Made by a program: the position numbers and the translations under genes. Source: Octopus vulgaris (lineage: Eukaryota). Taken from it: a DNA stretch of 64,000 nucleotides. Positions 1 through 13,937 of the stretch are shown here, piece after piece. The DNA is taken from positions 22,506,001-22,570,000 of the forward strand of contig OX597837.1 of assembly GCA_951406725.2 (NCBI GenBank), written 5' to 3'. Each line of letters begins with the position of its first letter. Within the stretch, counting starts at the first letter, position 1. The notes below the pieces were generated by a model. It was not told where the DNA came from, made no database searches, and saw only the letters and a list, made by a program, of their open reading frames with translations.

Positions 1-70
1 TCTGAGATTCGAACCCGTGATCCCTCGACCACGAGTCTGCGGCTCTAACCACTAGGCCATGTGCCTCCAC
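1..70 (-). mobile_element. tRNA-derived SINE head (family A variant), truncated by the window edge
   Basis: Reverse complement is gtggaggcacatggcctagtggttagag...gggttcgaatctcaga (A box and B box); the same head occurs at 48380-48664 and partly at 47787-47842. Confidence 0.85.
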
Positions 71-102
71 TAAGTAGAGCAGTGGGTTATATACACAACT
101 TT

Positions 103-472
103 GTGGAGGCGCAATAGCCCAGTGGTTAGGGCAGCGGTCTCGCGGTTTCGATTCCCAGACCGGGCGTTGTGAGTGTTTATTGAGCAAAAACACCTAAAGC
201 TCCACGAGGCTCCAACAGGGGATGGTGGTGATCCCTGCTGTACTCTTTCACCACAACTTTCTCTCACTCTTACTTCCTGTTTCTGTTGTACCTGTATTTC
301 AAGGGGCTGGCCTTGTCACTCTCTGTGTCACGCTGAATATCCCCGAGAACTACGTTAAGGGTACACGTGTCTGTGGAATGCTCAGCCACTTACACGTTAA
401 TTTCATGAGCAGGCTGTTCCGTTGATTCGGATCAACCGGAACCCTCATCGTCGTAACCGACGGAGTGCTTCC
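103..472 (+). mobile_element. tRNA-derived SINE, head A plus tail T1
   Basis: A box tagcccagtgg and B box ggtttcgattcc; near-identical to the copy at 42219-42603. Confidence 0.9.
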
Positions 473-976
473 AAAATTAATACACAACTTAACCTTCTCC
501 TAGAGGGATGCTTTGACAAAGACCAGGAGTCTGTCATTCCCAGTGGGCTTACTGGGCCCTTGGACACCAGCCCAAGTATTTCTTTTCTAAAATAAAAAAG
601 CATGAGGTGTTGATAATGTTTGCTTTGCTTTTCCATTTTCAGGGTGATCTTAAGCACACAAAATACAAACTGTCTCATCACAAGTTTATGTTGAACTATA
701 TTGCAGAGTCAAGTATTTAACAAGTGTGTCTGTGGAAGGGACAGACTGAAGTTAGTTACACATTAGAGTGCTTGAAGATTAGGATCAACAAAAACCAAAT
801 GGCCAGCCCAATAGTAAACCTTTGCCCAAGGTGCAATGGAGTGAGACTAACCTAGAATGACATTGTTACAAAACAAAGCAAACTATGTCACCATACAGCC
901 GTGACTGCTTCTATCTGTGTCTGTCTATACACACATACATAGACACACAGACACACACACACACATGCACATGTGC

Positions 977-1025
<49 letters not shown>

Positions 1026-1027
1026 TG

Positions 1028-1078
<51 letters not shown>

Positions 1079-1086
1079 ATATATAA

Positions 1087-1279
1087 GGCGAACTGGCAGA
1101 AACGTTAGCACGCTGGGAGAAATGCGTAGCCGTATTTCGTCTGCCATTACGTTCTGGGTTCAAATTCCGCCGAGGTCGACTTTGCCTTTCATCCTTTCGG
1201 GGTCGATATAATCGACTTAATCCGTTTATCTGTCCTTGTTTGTCCCCTCTGTGTTTAGCCCCTTGTGGGTAGTAAAGAA

Positions 1280-1280
<1 letters not shown>
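1087..1280 (+). mobile_element. SINE family B (ggcggcgagctggcagaa... head); other copies near 23541-23773(+), 26097-26327(+), 27760-27985(-), 34905-35100(-), 40117-40290(+), 56308-56495(+)
   Basis: Dispersed copies share the B box gttcaaattcc and the core gtcgactttgcctttcatcctttcggggtcgat. Confidence 0.85.
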
Positions 1281-1313
<33 letters not shown>

Positions 1314-1314
1314 G

Positions 1315-1350
<36 letters not shown>

Positions 1351-1367
1351 TGTATGTATACATGTAT

Positions 1368-1632
1368 GTGCGTATGGCTCAGTGGTTAGAGTGTTGAGTT
1401 TATGATCGTGAGGTTGCGAGCTCCAATCCCGGACCGGGCTGCATGTTGTGTTCTTGAGCAAGACACTTTATTTCACGTTGCTCCACTTCACTCAACTGTA
1501 GAAATGAGTTGCGACGTCACAGGTGCCAGGCTGTATCGGCCTTTGCCTTTCCCTTGGATAACACTGGTGGCGTGGAGAGGGGAGGCTGGTATGCATGGGC
1601 GACTGCTGGTCTTCCATAAACAACCTTGCCCG
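1368..1632 (+). mobile_element. tRNA-derived SINE, head B with tail T4
   Basis: A box tggctcagtgg; the segment ttgagcaagacactttatttcacgttgc is shared with 37983-38275. Confidence 0.75.
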
Positions 1633-1646
1633 GGAAGTGAGAAAGT

Positions 1647-1682
1647 CTTTTACATTTCGAGCCTACACTCTTCGACAGAAAG
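1647..1682 (-). ncRNA. Minimal hammerhead-like motif with a non-canonical core (CUGUCGA)
   Basis: Minus strand: cttt CTGTCGA A GAG tgtagg CTC GAAA TG TA aaag. Stems I and II pair; A6 is substituted. Confidence 0.4.
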
Positions 1683-2998
1683 GAACACACACACACATAT
1701 ATACCATGTCAAAGATGCACAAATAAAAAATAATATACAAAGCCCATTATTTATACTTTTTCTTATATATAGGCATACCTCACCCTGTGTTGTTAATTGG
1801 TTCCAGAGACATGACTTCAGTCGAAAAAACTTAAGTTGAATTAACTTGTCTCTAGGCTATGCTAGGCTGAATTTACTTATCTCTAGCCTAAACCGATAAT
1901 AGCCATTCCCAATTCTGTATTTTATTTATGAATGCATTTTCAATAATGCATGCTTAATAAAAACCTATTTTAAGCTTACAAACAAATAATTTTTATTTTT
2001 TAATACAGTACAGTAAAAAAAATGTAATCTAAATTTGGCAGTGTTTACCATATATCGTGGATGCTTTATTTATGAATACGGTGTGCAATAAGACATGGTG
2101 AAATATGAGCTCTGAAAGATCGATGAATAAAACAATTCAGCTGATTTCATGATTTCATTCACTAAGCTACACTACTTTATGGTGTGTATCTTAACATTTA
2201 CTGTACATATTTTAATATGATTTTATATGCTTTTCTTCCTATTTATTGTATGATAATATGATTTTATGTGCTTTTAATGGTACTGCGCCGATTTGAATTG
2301 AGTGAAATCCTCTATACCAGTCGTGGAAGGCGGCAAGACAAAAACCCTTTTTTGTTCTATTTCATTCTGTTCTGTAAAATGTTGAATGTTCAAGCTGTGT
2401 ACAAATGCTCTCCTCCTGGATCGGAATAAACATACTATGTTCACGAAGGCCTCAAAAACTCACACAAATTGTTGTCTTTCATTGGATTAACTCTTACATT
2501 TATCGAAGGATTGTCGGATATTTGATCAAAATTAGTGGGCTGTTTCAGTCATTAGACTGTGGCCATAGTGGGGTGCCACCTTTAAGAATTTTAGCTGAAT
2601 GAATTGACTCCAGTACTTGCTATTTTATGTAAAACCTGGTACTCATTCTGTTGGTCTCTTTGCCAAACTGTTAAGTTACTGTGACATTAACATTCCAACA
2701 CCAGTTGTCAAGTGGTGGAGGGGTGACAAATACAGAGAAACACACAGAGTTTTATATATATATATACACACACACAACAAGCTTCTTTCAGTTTCTGTCA
2801 ATCAAATTCACTCACAAGGTTTTGGTTGATCTGAGGCTGTAGCAGACACTTGCCGAAGATGCCACAGTATCAGAATGAAACTGGAATCATGTGGCTGGGA
2901 AGCAAACTTCTTACCACATAGCCATGCCTACACCTGTACACACACATACAAATACACACACACATGCACACTTGCACATGCATGCACATGCACATGCG

Positions 2999-3037
<39 letters not shown>

Positions 3038-3696
3038 TGAGAACAATATTTCATAGGCAACATTCTTGTTTCCCTGAATTCTTAGCTCATCAGAAATATC
3101 TGGAACACTTTGTTTAGTACCAAAAGCATTTATGGCTGAAAATAAAAAGGAAAAAGGAAGGAGAAGAACACAACTGTTAAAAAAACCAAGATTTAAAGGC
3201 AAAAAAAAACCAACAAAAAAACCCAAAAAACAATGGAAAACAGAGAAAAGAGAAACAAGGCATATGAGAGAGAGAAGGAAAGAGCAAGAGGAGAGAAAGG
3301 AGGAAAGGCAGCTAGAATGCTGTGTTTAGAAGTTGCTTTGGAAGAATGGTTTCGTTAGTTTATTGTATTCAACTAATCAAATGAAGCTATTATTTAGATA
3401 AACAAACAACTCTCTTTTCTTTTTTATTTTGTTTTTCATTTCAGTGATTGTTCTTCTTTCTCTTTTCTGTCTCTTTTTATTATTTATTTATTTATTTGTT
3501 TGTTTGTTTGTTTGTTTATTTTAGTGTAAGTACTATGATGCTTAATAAACAGTTTCAAATATTTTTGATGTAGGAAGAAATGAATGAAACAAAGCTCACA
3601 GTCCATAAAATATAGTTTTCAATAAATTTAATGTATTCTGGATTTCAAATGTATTGAGATTCTTTTCATGGTTTGAGTGAGAGTTCCTTAAACATA

Positions 3697-4582
3697 CAGG
3701 GGTTGGACAAAATAATGGAAACACCTTAAAATTTCAAACAAATTTATTTACAATTCTTTCATCAAACATCGATCTCATGAAGATTGCTATATCATTCAAT
3801 AATTTATGCAACCATTAATATTTTCAAATTTATCCCAAGAACCTGGAGTTTACCCTGTTAATACCATCTACAGGTCCAGACTATTACACAGATGGTAATC
3901 TTATTATAAACACCTGTCTGAAGAATATCCATAAATATCTGCAGTTTCCACAATTATAACCAAGGAGAATGGAGTGAGCAAGTTCTTTTATTTCATTGAT
4001 TTACAATTGTTTTATCAAACATTGATCTCATGAAGATTGCTATATTATTCAATAATTTATGCAACCATTAACATATGAAGTGTCTTAGCTGCAACATTGA
4101 AGATCAATTCTTCAGAATCATGCATAAAGCTTATCTGCAAATAACCTGTATGCATGATTACAGCTTGAATTCTATGAGGTATGAACTCATACAAAGTTTG
4201 AATTGTTTCCAAAGGAATTTTTTGTCCATTCTTCAGCTAAAACAGTTTCCAATTCTTATAGTGATGATGAGAGAGGATATCGACTCCTTACTTGTTTTTC
4301 TAAAATGCACCATATAGCACCCCAGATCCTCCTCCATCTATAACCGTTTGGAAGAAGACAGTCTGGATCAAATGCTTCTTTTGGCTGTCTCCACATGTAT
4401 ACTTGGTCAGTGGTAATAGGATGACATTTGATCATATAAAATGCTTAAATAGTTTTGACTCTTAATTCTGCCATGAAAGGAAACCAATTGGGCTGGTAGG
4501 TTTTTACTCCACTCTAAATGCTTTGCAACGTTTGATTTTGAAAGTAGTAGTTTTCTGATTGCATTATTTTGTCCAACCTCTG
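3697..4582. mobile_element. Tc1/mariner-type non-autonomous element
   Basis: TA|caggggttggacaaaataatg ... cattattttgtccaacctctg|TA: terminal inverted repeats with a TA target duplication. Confidence 0.8.
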
Positions 4583-4801
4583 TATATTTAAGTATATCAT
4601 ATATGGATGTGGTCCTGTAACCTGTCTAAGGATGGGGCAGTAAGACTGAATAAGAATCGACTGGGACATTGACCCATCCAACTCATAACAGCTTTAAAGC
4701 ACATGTAAAAGGATGATGATGATGATTTTAATGAAGATAGTGGTGATGATATATATATATGTAACTGTACATGGACTGTTGGTTTTTACCTTATTTATAT
4801 G

Positions 4802-4865
<64 letters not shown>

Positions 4866-5354
4866 AATATATATAATTATAACCAAAGAAAATGGAAAGC
4901 AAAAAAAAAAAAAAATGCAGCCATTAATACATTGGGTATCGTAGACACAATCGCAAAGATTGATTTTTCAGAATCATGCATACAGGTTATTTGCAGATAA
5001 GCTTTATGCATGATTCTGAAGAATTGATCTTCAATATTGCAGCTAAGACACTTCATATGTTAAGGGTTGCATAAATTATTGAATAATATAGCAATCTTCA
5101 TGGGATCAATGTTTGATGAAACAATTGTAAATCAATGAAATAAAAGAACTTGCTCACTCCATTCTCCTTGGTTATAATTGTGGAAACTGCAGATATTTAT
5201 GGATATTCTTCAGACAGGTGTTTTTAATAAGATTACCATCTGTGTGATAGTCTGGACCTGTAGATGATATTAATAGGGTAAACTCCAGGTTTTTGGGATA
5301 AATTTCAAAATTGTCCATGATTCTTTTTTTTTCTTTCAGGAACCGCTATATATA

Positions 5355-6156
5355 CAGGTGAATATTCAACAGCATTGGAAAGCATAGAGATTAAAGTTGT
5401 AGTTGAGAAGAGGTTCGCTGACATGGAAGACTGGAAGTCATCAGAATATTGGAGGAGCTGTCTGTATGATGATGATTCATACCAGTTTTCAAAAGGCTGA
5501 CATGATGATTGCTGGTCAATGCTCTGTAATATGTGACATAGAGATAAAAAAAAATCCCAAGTACCCCCAAACTGTGATGGCCTTTGGGTGTGCCTCCAGT
5601 GAGGGTAATGTCATGCCACCCCACATCTTTAAATGGGGCTCAGAGCACTATGAGAAGCTGCTGAAAATTGTGGTCAAGCCCTGGCTGGAAAGGATTGCTA
5701 CTGGAGGCTAATATGTGTGATAGCAGGATTCAGATCCTTACCATACTTCCACAAAGAGCCAGAGATGTTTGCTGGAGAATTTCTACAGTTTCACCATCCC
5801 CAATTTCTGGCCTCTTAATTCCTCCATTCATTATCCCATGGATTACCACATGTGGGGCACAATTGAGAAAGACACCAACTACTCTGCCTGCACCAGCACG
5901 ACTGAGTAGGTCACCAAGATCAAGGAAGTGTTTCAAGACCATCTGTGAGACACAGTGAGGAACACACGTACCAGGTTCCAGAACTATCTTGAAGTCATGG
6001 TGGAAGGTGAGGGTAGCTACTCTGAGTAAATTGTTATCTCCCAGCCATAATCTAGTTGATAGGTTTTGATTTTTTTTAAATACTTTTTTAGTTGTATTTT
6101 TAGATGGCATATTGTTTGCTTTTATGCAAACTGTAAAATTTGAAATGAACACCCTA
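5355..6156 (+). mobile_element. Decayed maT/DD37D-like (Tc1/mariner superfamily) transposon
   Basis: Fragmented transposase: VMAFGCASSEGNVMPPHIF, VVKPWLERIA, then WPLNS..PMDY-like across stops and frameshifts; homologous to 58637-59330 and 60779-61638. Confidence 0.75.
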
Positions 6157-6239
6157 TATTTATATATATATGATTGATTGATTGATTCCAGTTCCAGCCT
6201 ATGAGCTGTGGCCATGCTGGGGCACCGCCATTTGGTGTT

Positions 6240-7182
6240 GTTACTTGGTTTTACTTCATGGGGGCTTTCTAGCAACTGCTATTTGGTGCATGAGAGAGTT
6301 CGATGCAGCTGCCCTCATCTGCCCCTCCTGCCGTGAAGTTGGTTCATCTGGGACACCAGACAGGAAGAGATCCAGCTTCATTTTAAAGACATCTGTATCC
6401 ACCCCATGCAGGTCTCTCAGGTTCTTCGGGAGGATATTGAAGAGCTGTGGGCCTCGGAAGCCCAGGCTATCACAGAATCTTGTCCTACATCTTGATGGCA
6501 GGTTTGGAGTCCTAGGCACCACGCAGTGGCGCCCAGTTCTGGCATTTGTGTAACTCTCGATGCCAAAGTTCAGGACACTTCCCTCCAGGATCTTCCAGAT
6601 GTATATTATGGCATATCTTTCCCGCCTACGCTCCAGGGAGTATAATTTTAATCTCTTGAGTCTTTCCCAGTAGCTTACATTCTGCATAGAGGCTATCTTC
6701 TTTGTGTAGCTTCGTTGGATCGCCTCAAGTTCTGTGATCAACTTGACACTGGATGGTGACCATAGCTGAGAGCAATAGTCAAAGTGGCTTAGGACAAGTG
6801 TCTTCCAGAGGACCATCATGGTTTCTTGTTCTCTTGTTCTAAAGGTTCGAAGAATCCAGCCAGCCAGCCGTCTACATTTCACTGTCAGTTTAGCAACATG
6901 TACATGAAAGGTCGCGTCATCACTCATGTGAATACCCAGGTCACGCACTGATTGTGCCTCTGGGATTGCAATCCCTCCGGGTCCAGTGTATTCATTGGGT
7001 ATTGCATTCAGTTTTGCATGCTGATAGTATAAGGCTTGAAACTTTCCAGCATTGAACTGCATGCTATTCTTTTCAGCCCACTTGTATATTTCGTCCAGCT
7101 CACATTGCAGGTTTTTAGTGTCCTCAGGGTTCTGTATTGCCTGTGAAACTTTTGTATCATCTGCATAACTTGTGATCGTGGA

Positions 7183-7185
<3 letters not shown>
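6240..7185 (-). mobile_element. 5'-truncated CR1/L2-group LINE, reverse transcriptase C-terminal part
   Basis: YADDTKV near 7170, followed by ORF 6256-7062 with MQFNAGKFQAL, RDLGIHMS, DYCSQLWSP and LKLYSLERRRERY. Confidence 0.9.
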
Positions 7186-7232
<47 letters not shown>

Positions 7233-7235
<3 letters not shown>

Positions 7236-8513
7236 AGTCATCCCATAAGTTCTGTCTGATTTTACCATTTTTAAAATTGAATAAAATTTAATAGTATTTT
7301 AGAATGTCTAATGGAATTAAAAATTATTTTTATGCATTTGTGTACATTTAAGCTAATTAAATATTATTTAACAGAATAATAGAATCAAAATTTCTTTGAT
7401 TAAAACCCTTTCTAACATGGAAGTATCCAAAGAGCATTTAAGGCACATAGTGCTTTATGAGTATAAAAAAAGAAATCTCTGTAGCCAAAGTGACTTGAAA
7501 CATAAACTCAGTTTATGGGAAAGAATGCTTGAATGAAAAAACTTACAGAAGATGGTTTACAAAATTCAGAAGTGGAGATTTCAGCCTTGAAGATGAAGAT
7601 CAAACAGGACGTCCAGTTGAGTTTGATGATAAGCTCCTTGAGGCATTACTTGAAGAAAATCCTGCATTATCAGTTGAAGAATTAGCAATAAAGCTTAGTT
7701 CGAACCATACAACTGTTCATCATCATCTTCAACAACTTGCAAAGGTTCCTAAACTTGGAAAATGGGTGCCTAATGAATTGTCTGAAAGCAACTGCAAATC
7801 TTGAGTTGACACCTACTCTCTCCATTCTCGTGAACTCATTTTACCCTTTTTGGACAGACTTGTGACTGGTAACGAGAAATGGACCTTTGAAATGTTAAAT
7901 GTCATAAACAGTGGCTTGGTAAAAGGGAAAAAGCTCAACCACAACTGAGAAGGGAACTCCATGGGAAAAGGTTCTTCTCTCTATCTGGTGGGATTGCAAA
8001 GGAGTAATTCACTTTGAATTGTTACCACCTAATGCAACAATCAATGCTCAAATCTACTGTCAACAATTAGAGCATTTGAACCAAGCTTTGAAGAAAAAAA
8101 GACCCACTTTAGTGAATCAAAAAGGAATGATGTTTCATCAAAACAATGCACAAGCCCACACTGCAAAGATCACATCACAGAAGATCGAAGAGCTTGGTTG
8201 GGAAAAAATTCCTCATCCACCTTATTCTCCCAACCTTGCTCCTTCAGACTACCATTTGTTTTGTAGTTTACAGAATCATTTGGGGAACGTAACTTTCGCA
8301 AGCCAGGAGGAGGTCGAAACTGACATTTCAGAGTTCTTTACTTTGAAACCAAAAGAGTTCTACACTGATGGGATTAAAAAGCTTGTAAATAGATGGAAGG
8401 AAGTCATAGATAATCAGGGAAAGTACATTGATGGTTAAATTTCAATTAAATATAACATTTGATCACTTGTTTTCTTTATTCAAAATTCAGACAGAACATA
8501 TGGGATGAACTGA
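7233..8513 (+). mobile_element. Full-length (~1.28 kb) mariner transposon with disrupted transposase
   Basis: TIRs tcaagtcatcccataagttctgtctga / tcagacagaacatatgggatgaactga flanked by TA; motifs WVPNEL, VTGNEKW, HQNNAQAH and HPPYSPNLAPSDYHLF with stops and frameshifts. Confidence 0.95.
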
Positions 8514-8778
8514 TATGTGTGTATGGGTGCTTTCTTTTACTTGTTCCAGTCATTTGACTGCAGCCATGCTGGAGCATCACCTTGAAGTGTTTTAGCCAAA
8601 CAAATCAACTCCAGGACTTATTTTTGAAGGCTAGTACTTATTCTATCAGTCTATTTTGCTGAACTGCTAAGTTATGGGGATGTAAACACACCAACAGCAG
8701 TTGTCAAGTGGGGACACAGACACAAAGACACACACACACATGCATACATAAATACATACGTACATACATACATATATA

Positions 8779-8922
8779 TTGTGTGGTAAGTAGCTTGTTT
8801 ACCAACCACATGGTTCTGGGTTCAGTCCCACTGCTTGGCACCTTGGGCAAGTGTCTTCTACTATAGCCACGGTCCGACCAAATCCTTCTGAGTGGATTTG
8901 GTAGACGGAAACTGAAAGAAGC

Positions 8923-9008
<86 letters not shown>

Positions 9009-9233
9009 TGTGTGTGTGTATATGTTTGTGTGTCTGTGTTTGTCCCCCCAACATCGCTTGACAACCGATGCTGGTGTGTTTACGTCCCGTAACTTAGCGT
9101 TTCGGCAAAAGAGACCGCTCGAATAAGTACTAGGCTTACAAAGAATAAGTCCTGGGGTCGATTTCTTCGACTAATGGCGGTGCTCCAGCATGGCCACAGT
9201 CAAATGACTAAAACAAGTAAAAGAGTAAAAGAG
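8779..9233 (+). mobile_element. SINE family C with internal (TA)n/(TG)n; about 20 full or partial copies, e.g. 18822-19245(+), 21158-21540(-), 26725-27205(-), 28262-28680(-), 35100-35480(+), 44932-45345(+), 46715-47113(+), 56915-57320(+)
   Basis: Repeated head gtgtggtaagtagcttg...gggttcagtcccactg...ccttgggcaagtg, a central microsatellite and a (gtaaaaga)n tail. Confidence 0.9.
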
Positions 9234-9253
9234 TATATATACATACATACATA

Positions 9254-9327
<74 letters not shown>

Positions 9328-10279
9328 GTATATGTATATATGTATATATTCGATGGGTTTCTTTCAGTTTCTGTCTACCAAATCCACTCACAAGGCTTTG
9401 GTTGGCTTGAGGTTATAGAAGAAGACACTTGCCCAAGGTGCCATGCAGTGGGATTGAACCCATAACCATGTGTTTGGGAAGCAAGCTTCTTACTGCCCAG
9501 CCACACATACACACATCAATACGCAAAGTAGCTAATGAGAAAATCTCCATTTGAGACGAAAATAGTAACTATACGGAGAAGTAATGCTTGTTGCCACTTC
9601 AAGATGCCTGTTCTGTAGGAACTGACATTACTGCTGTTTTTAACCCCAGGAGGAGCCTCCTCCAGTTGGTTATTGATGGAATCTGTACCCAATATATACT
9701 GCAAGCAGAGGGGTTAACCCTTACCATCAGACAAAGGATCACCAAACCATATGGCTTTGAGCTGTTTGTGCTCATCCTCAGCGGGGTTCTAACGGAACAG
9801 CCATCTTGAATTGATAATGAACATTATTTCTATATGTATATATCTTTTATCTTTTACTTGTTTCAGTCATTAGACTGTGGCCATGCTGGAGCACCATGTT
9901 GAAGAATTTTAGTTGAAAGAATCGACCACAGTGCTTATATTTTTTTAAGCCTAGTACTTATTCTATCGGTTCTTTTGCCAAACTGCTAGGTCACTAGGTT
10001 ATGGGGATGTAAACACACTAACACCAGTTGTCAAGTAGTGATGGGGGACAAACATGCACACACACACACATATGCACAGACAGACACATATGAATGGGCA
10101 TTCATATATGTTAGTGTATATAGGTACTTAGAGAGACAATAATTTAATTGTTTGTCTATTCATGTTTCGTCTCATTCGATACCCTGACCCCAATGTTTGT
10201 TTTCTCTGTCCTCGGATCGTCCCCTCTTTTTCTCAACCTCATGGTTAATAAAGAAATTGACTGAGACATATATATATAC

Positions 10280-10312
<33 letters not shown>

Positions 10313-10965
10313 AGGGAGAATGAGAGATAGAGACAGACAGACTAAGAAACAAACAGACAGACAGACAATCAGATAGAACTTGGAAAACTTATTCTGCCTA
10401 TTTCATTAAAAGTGCAACATTTAGAAATCTTAGTTAAACACATTGTAAAGTTTCCAAATATGTAAAAAAAAAAAAAAAAAAAAAAAACATTTTACCACAA
10501 CCAAACATTATTTTTTATTATTCTGAAACCATTTTTATTCCACTTTCTTCCTAATTTTTTTTTTTTCGTATCTTCTTTTGGTTAGAAGAGAACATTATTT
10601 ATTTCATCATCTTATATATAAGGGTCTTACCATAATTGTAAAGGTTACGCTTTACTCAGAAATATCCAAACCAAACAAAGAAAAATTCTTCAGTGGGTTT
10701 TGCTTTTCATGTTTGTTTTTCTTCCTTTTTCCTTCTCTCTCTATATATATATCTTATTTTTATTGTTTTGTTTTGTTTTGTGTTTTTTTTGTTTTTTTTT
10801 TTGCTTTTTTTTTTTTTGGCAACTCAAGTAATATGTTTTAATGATCAAGTGAGAGTGAACAAGACTGAAGAACATCAGAAATGGTTAAGCTGGAGGCAAA
10901 TAGAGATGTGATAGGAACAGATGTCAAAAGAAGCAAATAGACAAGGGGGCAAGGGAGATAGAGAG

Positions 10966-11580
<615 letters not shown>

Positions 11581-12489
11581 GGGACACAGATATGTGAAAA
11601 CAGATGAAAAGATATGCATTTAAAGAAACTAACTTGCCATCCCCTCTCATACAGGAACATGTGCTCAGATATATTTCCCCAGATACACCTAGATACGCAC
11701 AAAGATAAAAATAATGTGAAAAACACACCTACATATATATACATATATAAACAATGAAGGGAGTTGTGGTGGGGGGCTTTAAGTCATTGCTTGACTTGTT
11801 AGGAATTACAACCAGATCGACTCTCATGTTACACCCTGCTGCCTTGAAGAACACATTGGATGACATGGTTCTGGGGTGTGTAGCGCTTTTGAGTTGTACG
11901 TGATGGTCGTGGCTGGAGTGCTTTCGATCATAGGTTCTGGTCGGTCGACTGGGGATGACTTAGGGTTGAAACAATAAGAAGAAATAGACATGAAAGGAGA
12001 AAGAGAGGGAGAAAGATAGACATACAGACAGACAGGCAGACTGACTGACTGACTGACTGATAGAGAGTTAGGCAGATTGAAGGAAAATAAATTATCATAA
12101 TTTATTACTCAAAGTCTCCTTTTGTCTTCAACTGGACAAGTTATTTCTGAAATCATATAATTTTTCTGTAGATTCCATTTATATTCTCAGATTTCTTCCT
12201 TCTATTTCTTCACCCCCACCCCCACCCCCACCTCCCTCCTCACCCCACACCTCACACCAGCCATTGTCTGTCACTCTGTCTGTACACCCTGTCCTTCCTT
12301 CTTTCACTCTACATTTCTGATTTATTCATTTATTCTGCTTTCCCTTGATGTCCCTTCTTTTTTTTTTTTTTTCTAAAATAAAAAAAAAACCCTTTTTCTT
12401 TCCATTCCACCTCTCCCTACCAACAGAAATTCTGTTTCTCCACCCCAGCCTCAAATACACCCCTGTCTGTCTGTCTGTCTGCTTATCTG

Positions 12490-12556
<67 letters not shown>

Positions 12557-12855
12557 TCTGCTTCTGAATATTTGCTATTGTCAGACAATTCATACAACTC
12601 AAAATAAGGTTACAGATTTTGGTGGAAAGACAATGTTTTTATTTTGGATCCATAACAAGGCTTCTGGAGTAATTAAGACTTCTTTACAATCAAACCATCT
12701 TGAGAACAATGCATGTCATGCTTGATATAAAGCTAAGGACTTAGAAACATTCGAAAATTATTTTGTTTTGAAGAAAATATTAATATTTTGTTTGAAAATA
12801 TATCCTTTCTACTATAGGAACAACGCCTAAAATTTCAGGGAGGAAACTAGTCAAT

Positions 12856-13650
12856 TACATCAACCCCAGTGTTTCACTGGTACTTAATTTATTGACTCCA
12901 GTATTTCACTGGTACTTAATTTATCAACCCCAAAAGGATAAAAGGTTAAGTTGAACTTGGCAGAATTTGAACTCAGAATGTAGTGATGGGTGAAATATCG
13001 CTAAACATTTCGTCTACATCAACCCCAGTGTTTCACTGGTACTTAATTTATTGACCCCAGTGTTTTACTGGTACTTAATTTATCAACCCCAAAAGGATGA
13101 AAGGTAAAGTTGAACTTGGCAGAATTTGAACTCAGAATGTAGTGATGGGTGAAATATCGCTAAACATTTCGTCTACATCAACCCCAGTGTTTCACTGGTA
13201 CTTAATTTATTGACCCCAGTGTTTCACTGGTACTTAATTTATCAACCCCAAAAGGATGAAAGGTAAAGTTGAACTTGGCAGAATTTGAACTCAGAATGTA
13301 GTGATGGGTGAAATATCACTAAACATTTCGTCTACATCAACCCCAGTGTTTCACTGGTACTTAATTTATTGACCCCAGTGTTTCACTGGTACTTAATTTA
13401 TCAACCCCAAAAGGATAAAAGGTAAAGTTGAACTTGGCAGAATTTGAACTCAGAATGTAGTGATGGGTGAAATATCGCTAAACATTTCGTCTACATCAAC
13501 CCCAGTGTTTCACTGGTACTTAATTTATTGACCCCAGTGTTTCACTGGTACTTAATTTATCAACCCCAAAAGGATAAAAGGTAAAGTTGAACTTGGCAGA
13601 ATTTGAACTCAGAATGTAGTGATGGGTGAAATATCGCTAAACATTTCATC
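12856..13650 (-). repeat. 159-bp x5 tandem array formed inside a family-B SINE
   Basis: Unit starts (tacatcaacccc) at 12856, 13015, 13174, 13333 and 13492; the SINE head (to about 13683) and tail (from about 12805) flank the array once each. Confidence 0.95.
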
Positions 13651-13904
13651 CAGCATGCTAACGATTCTGCCAGCTTGCCACCTTTTGTTTGAAAATATAT
13701 GCCATCTCCCCAAAACCATATTTTGTTGTTATCTTAATATTCATCTCTAAACCGAGTTGTGTTTGGTAGAATAAAAGAAGGCCAATTTTTGAATGATAAC
13801 ATTTTAAGAGTGCTATAATTGTACTGTAAAGGTAGACAGGTTGGACAGAAGTAGTGAACAAGGGCGTGAAAACAATAGATGATAGATCTATATCTATTGA
13901 TCAT

Positions 13905-13937
<33 letters not shown>

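Noticed and set aside
7529-8438. Active or domesticated (SETMAR-like) transposase, also considered for 36244-37142
   Set aside because: Multiple stops and frameshifts, altered catalytic residues, intact TIR context and no SET-domain exon.
12856-13650. CRISPR-like periodicity here and at 32958-33655
   Set aside because: Eukaryotic context, no unique spacers and no cas genes; these are tandem repeats.
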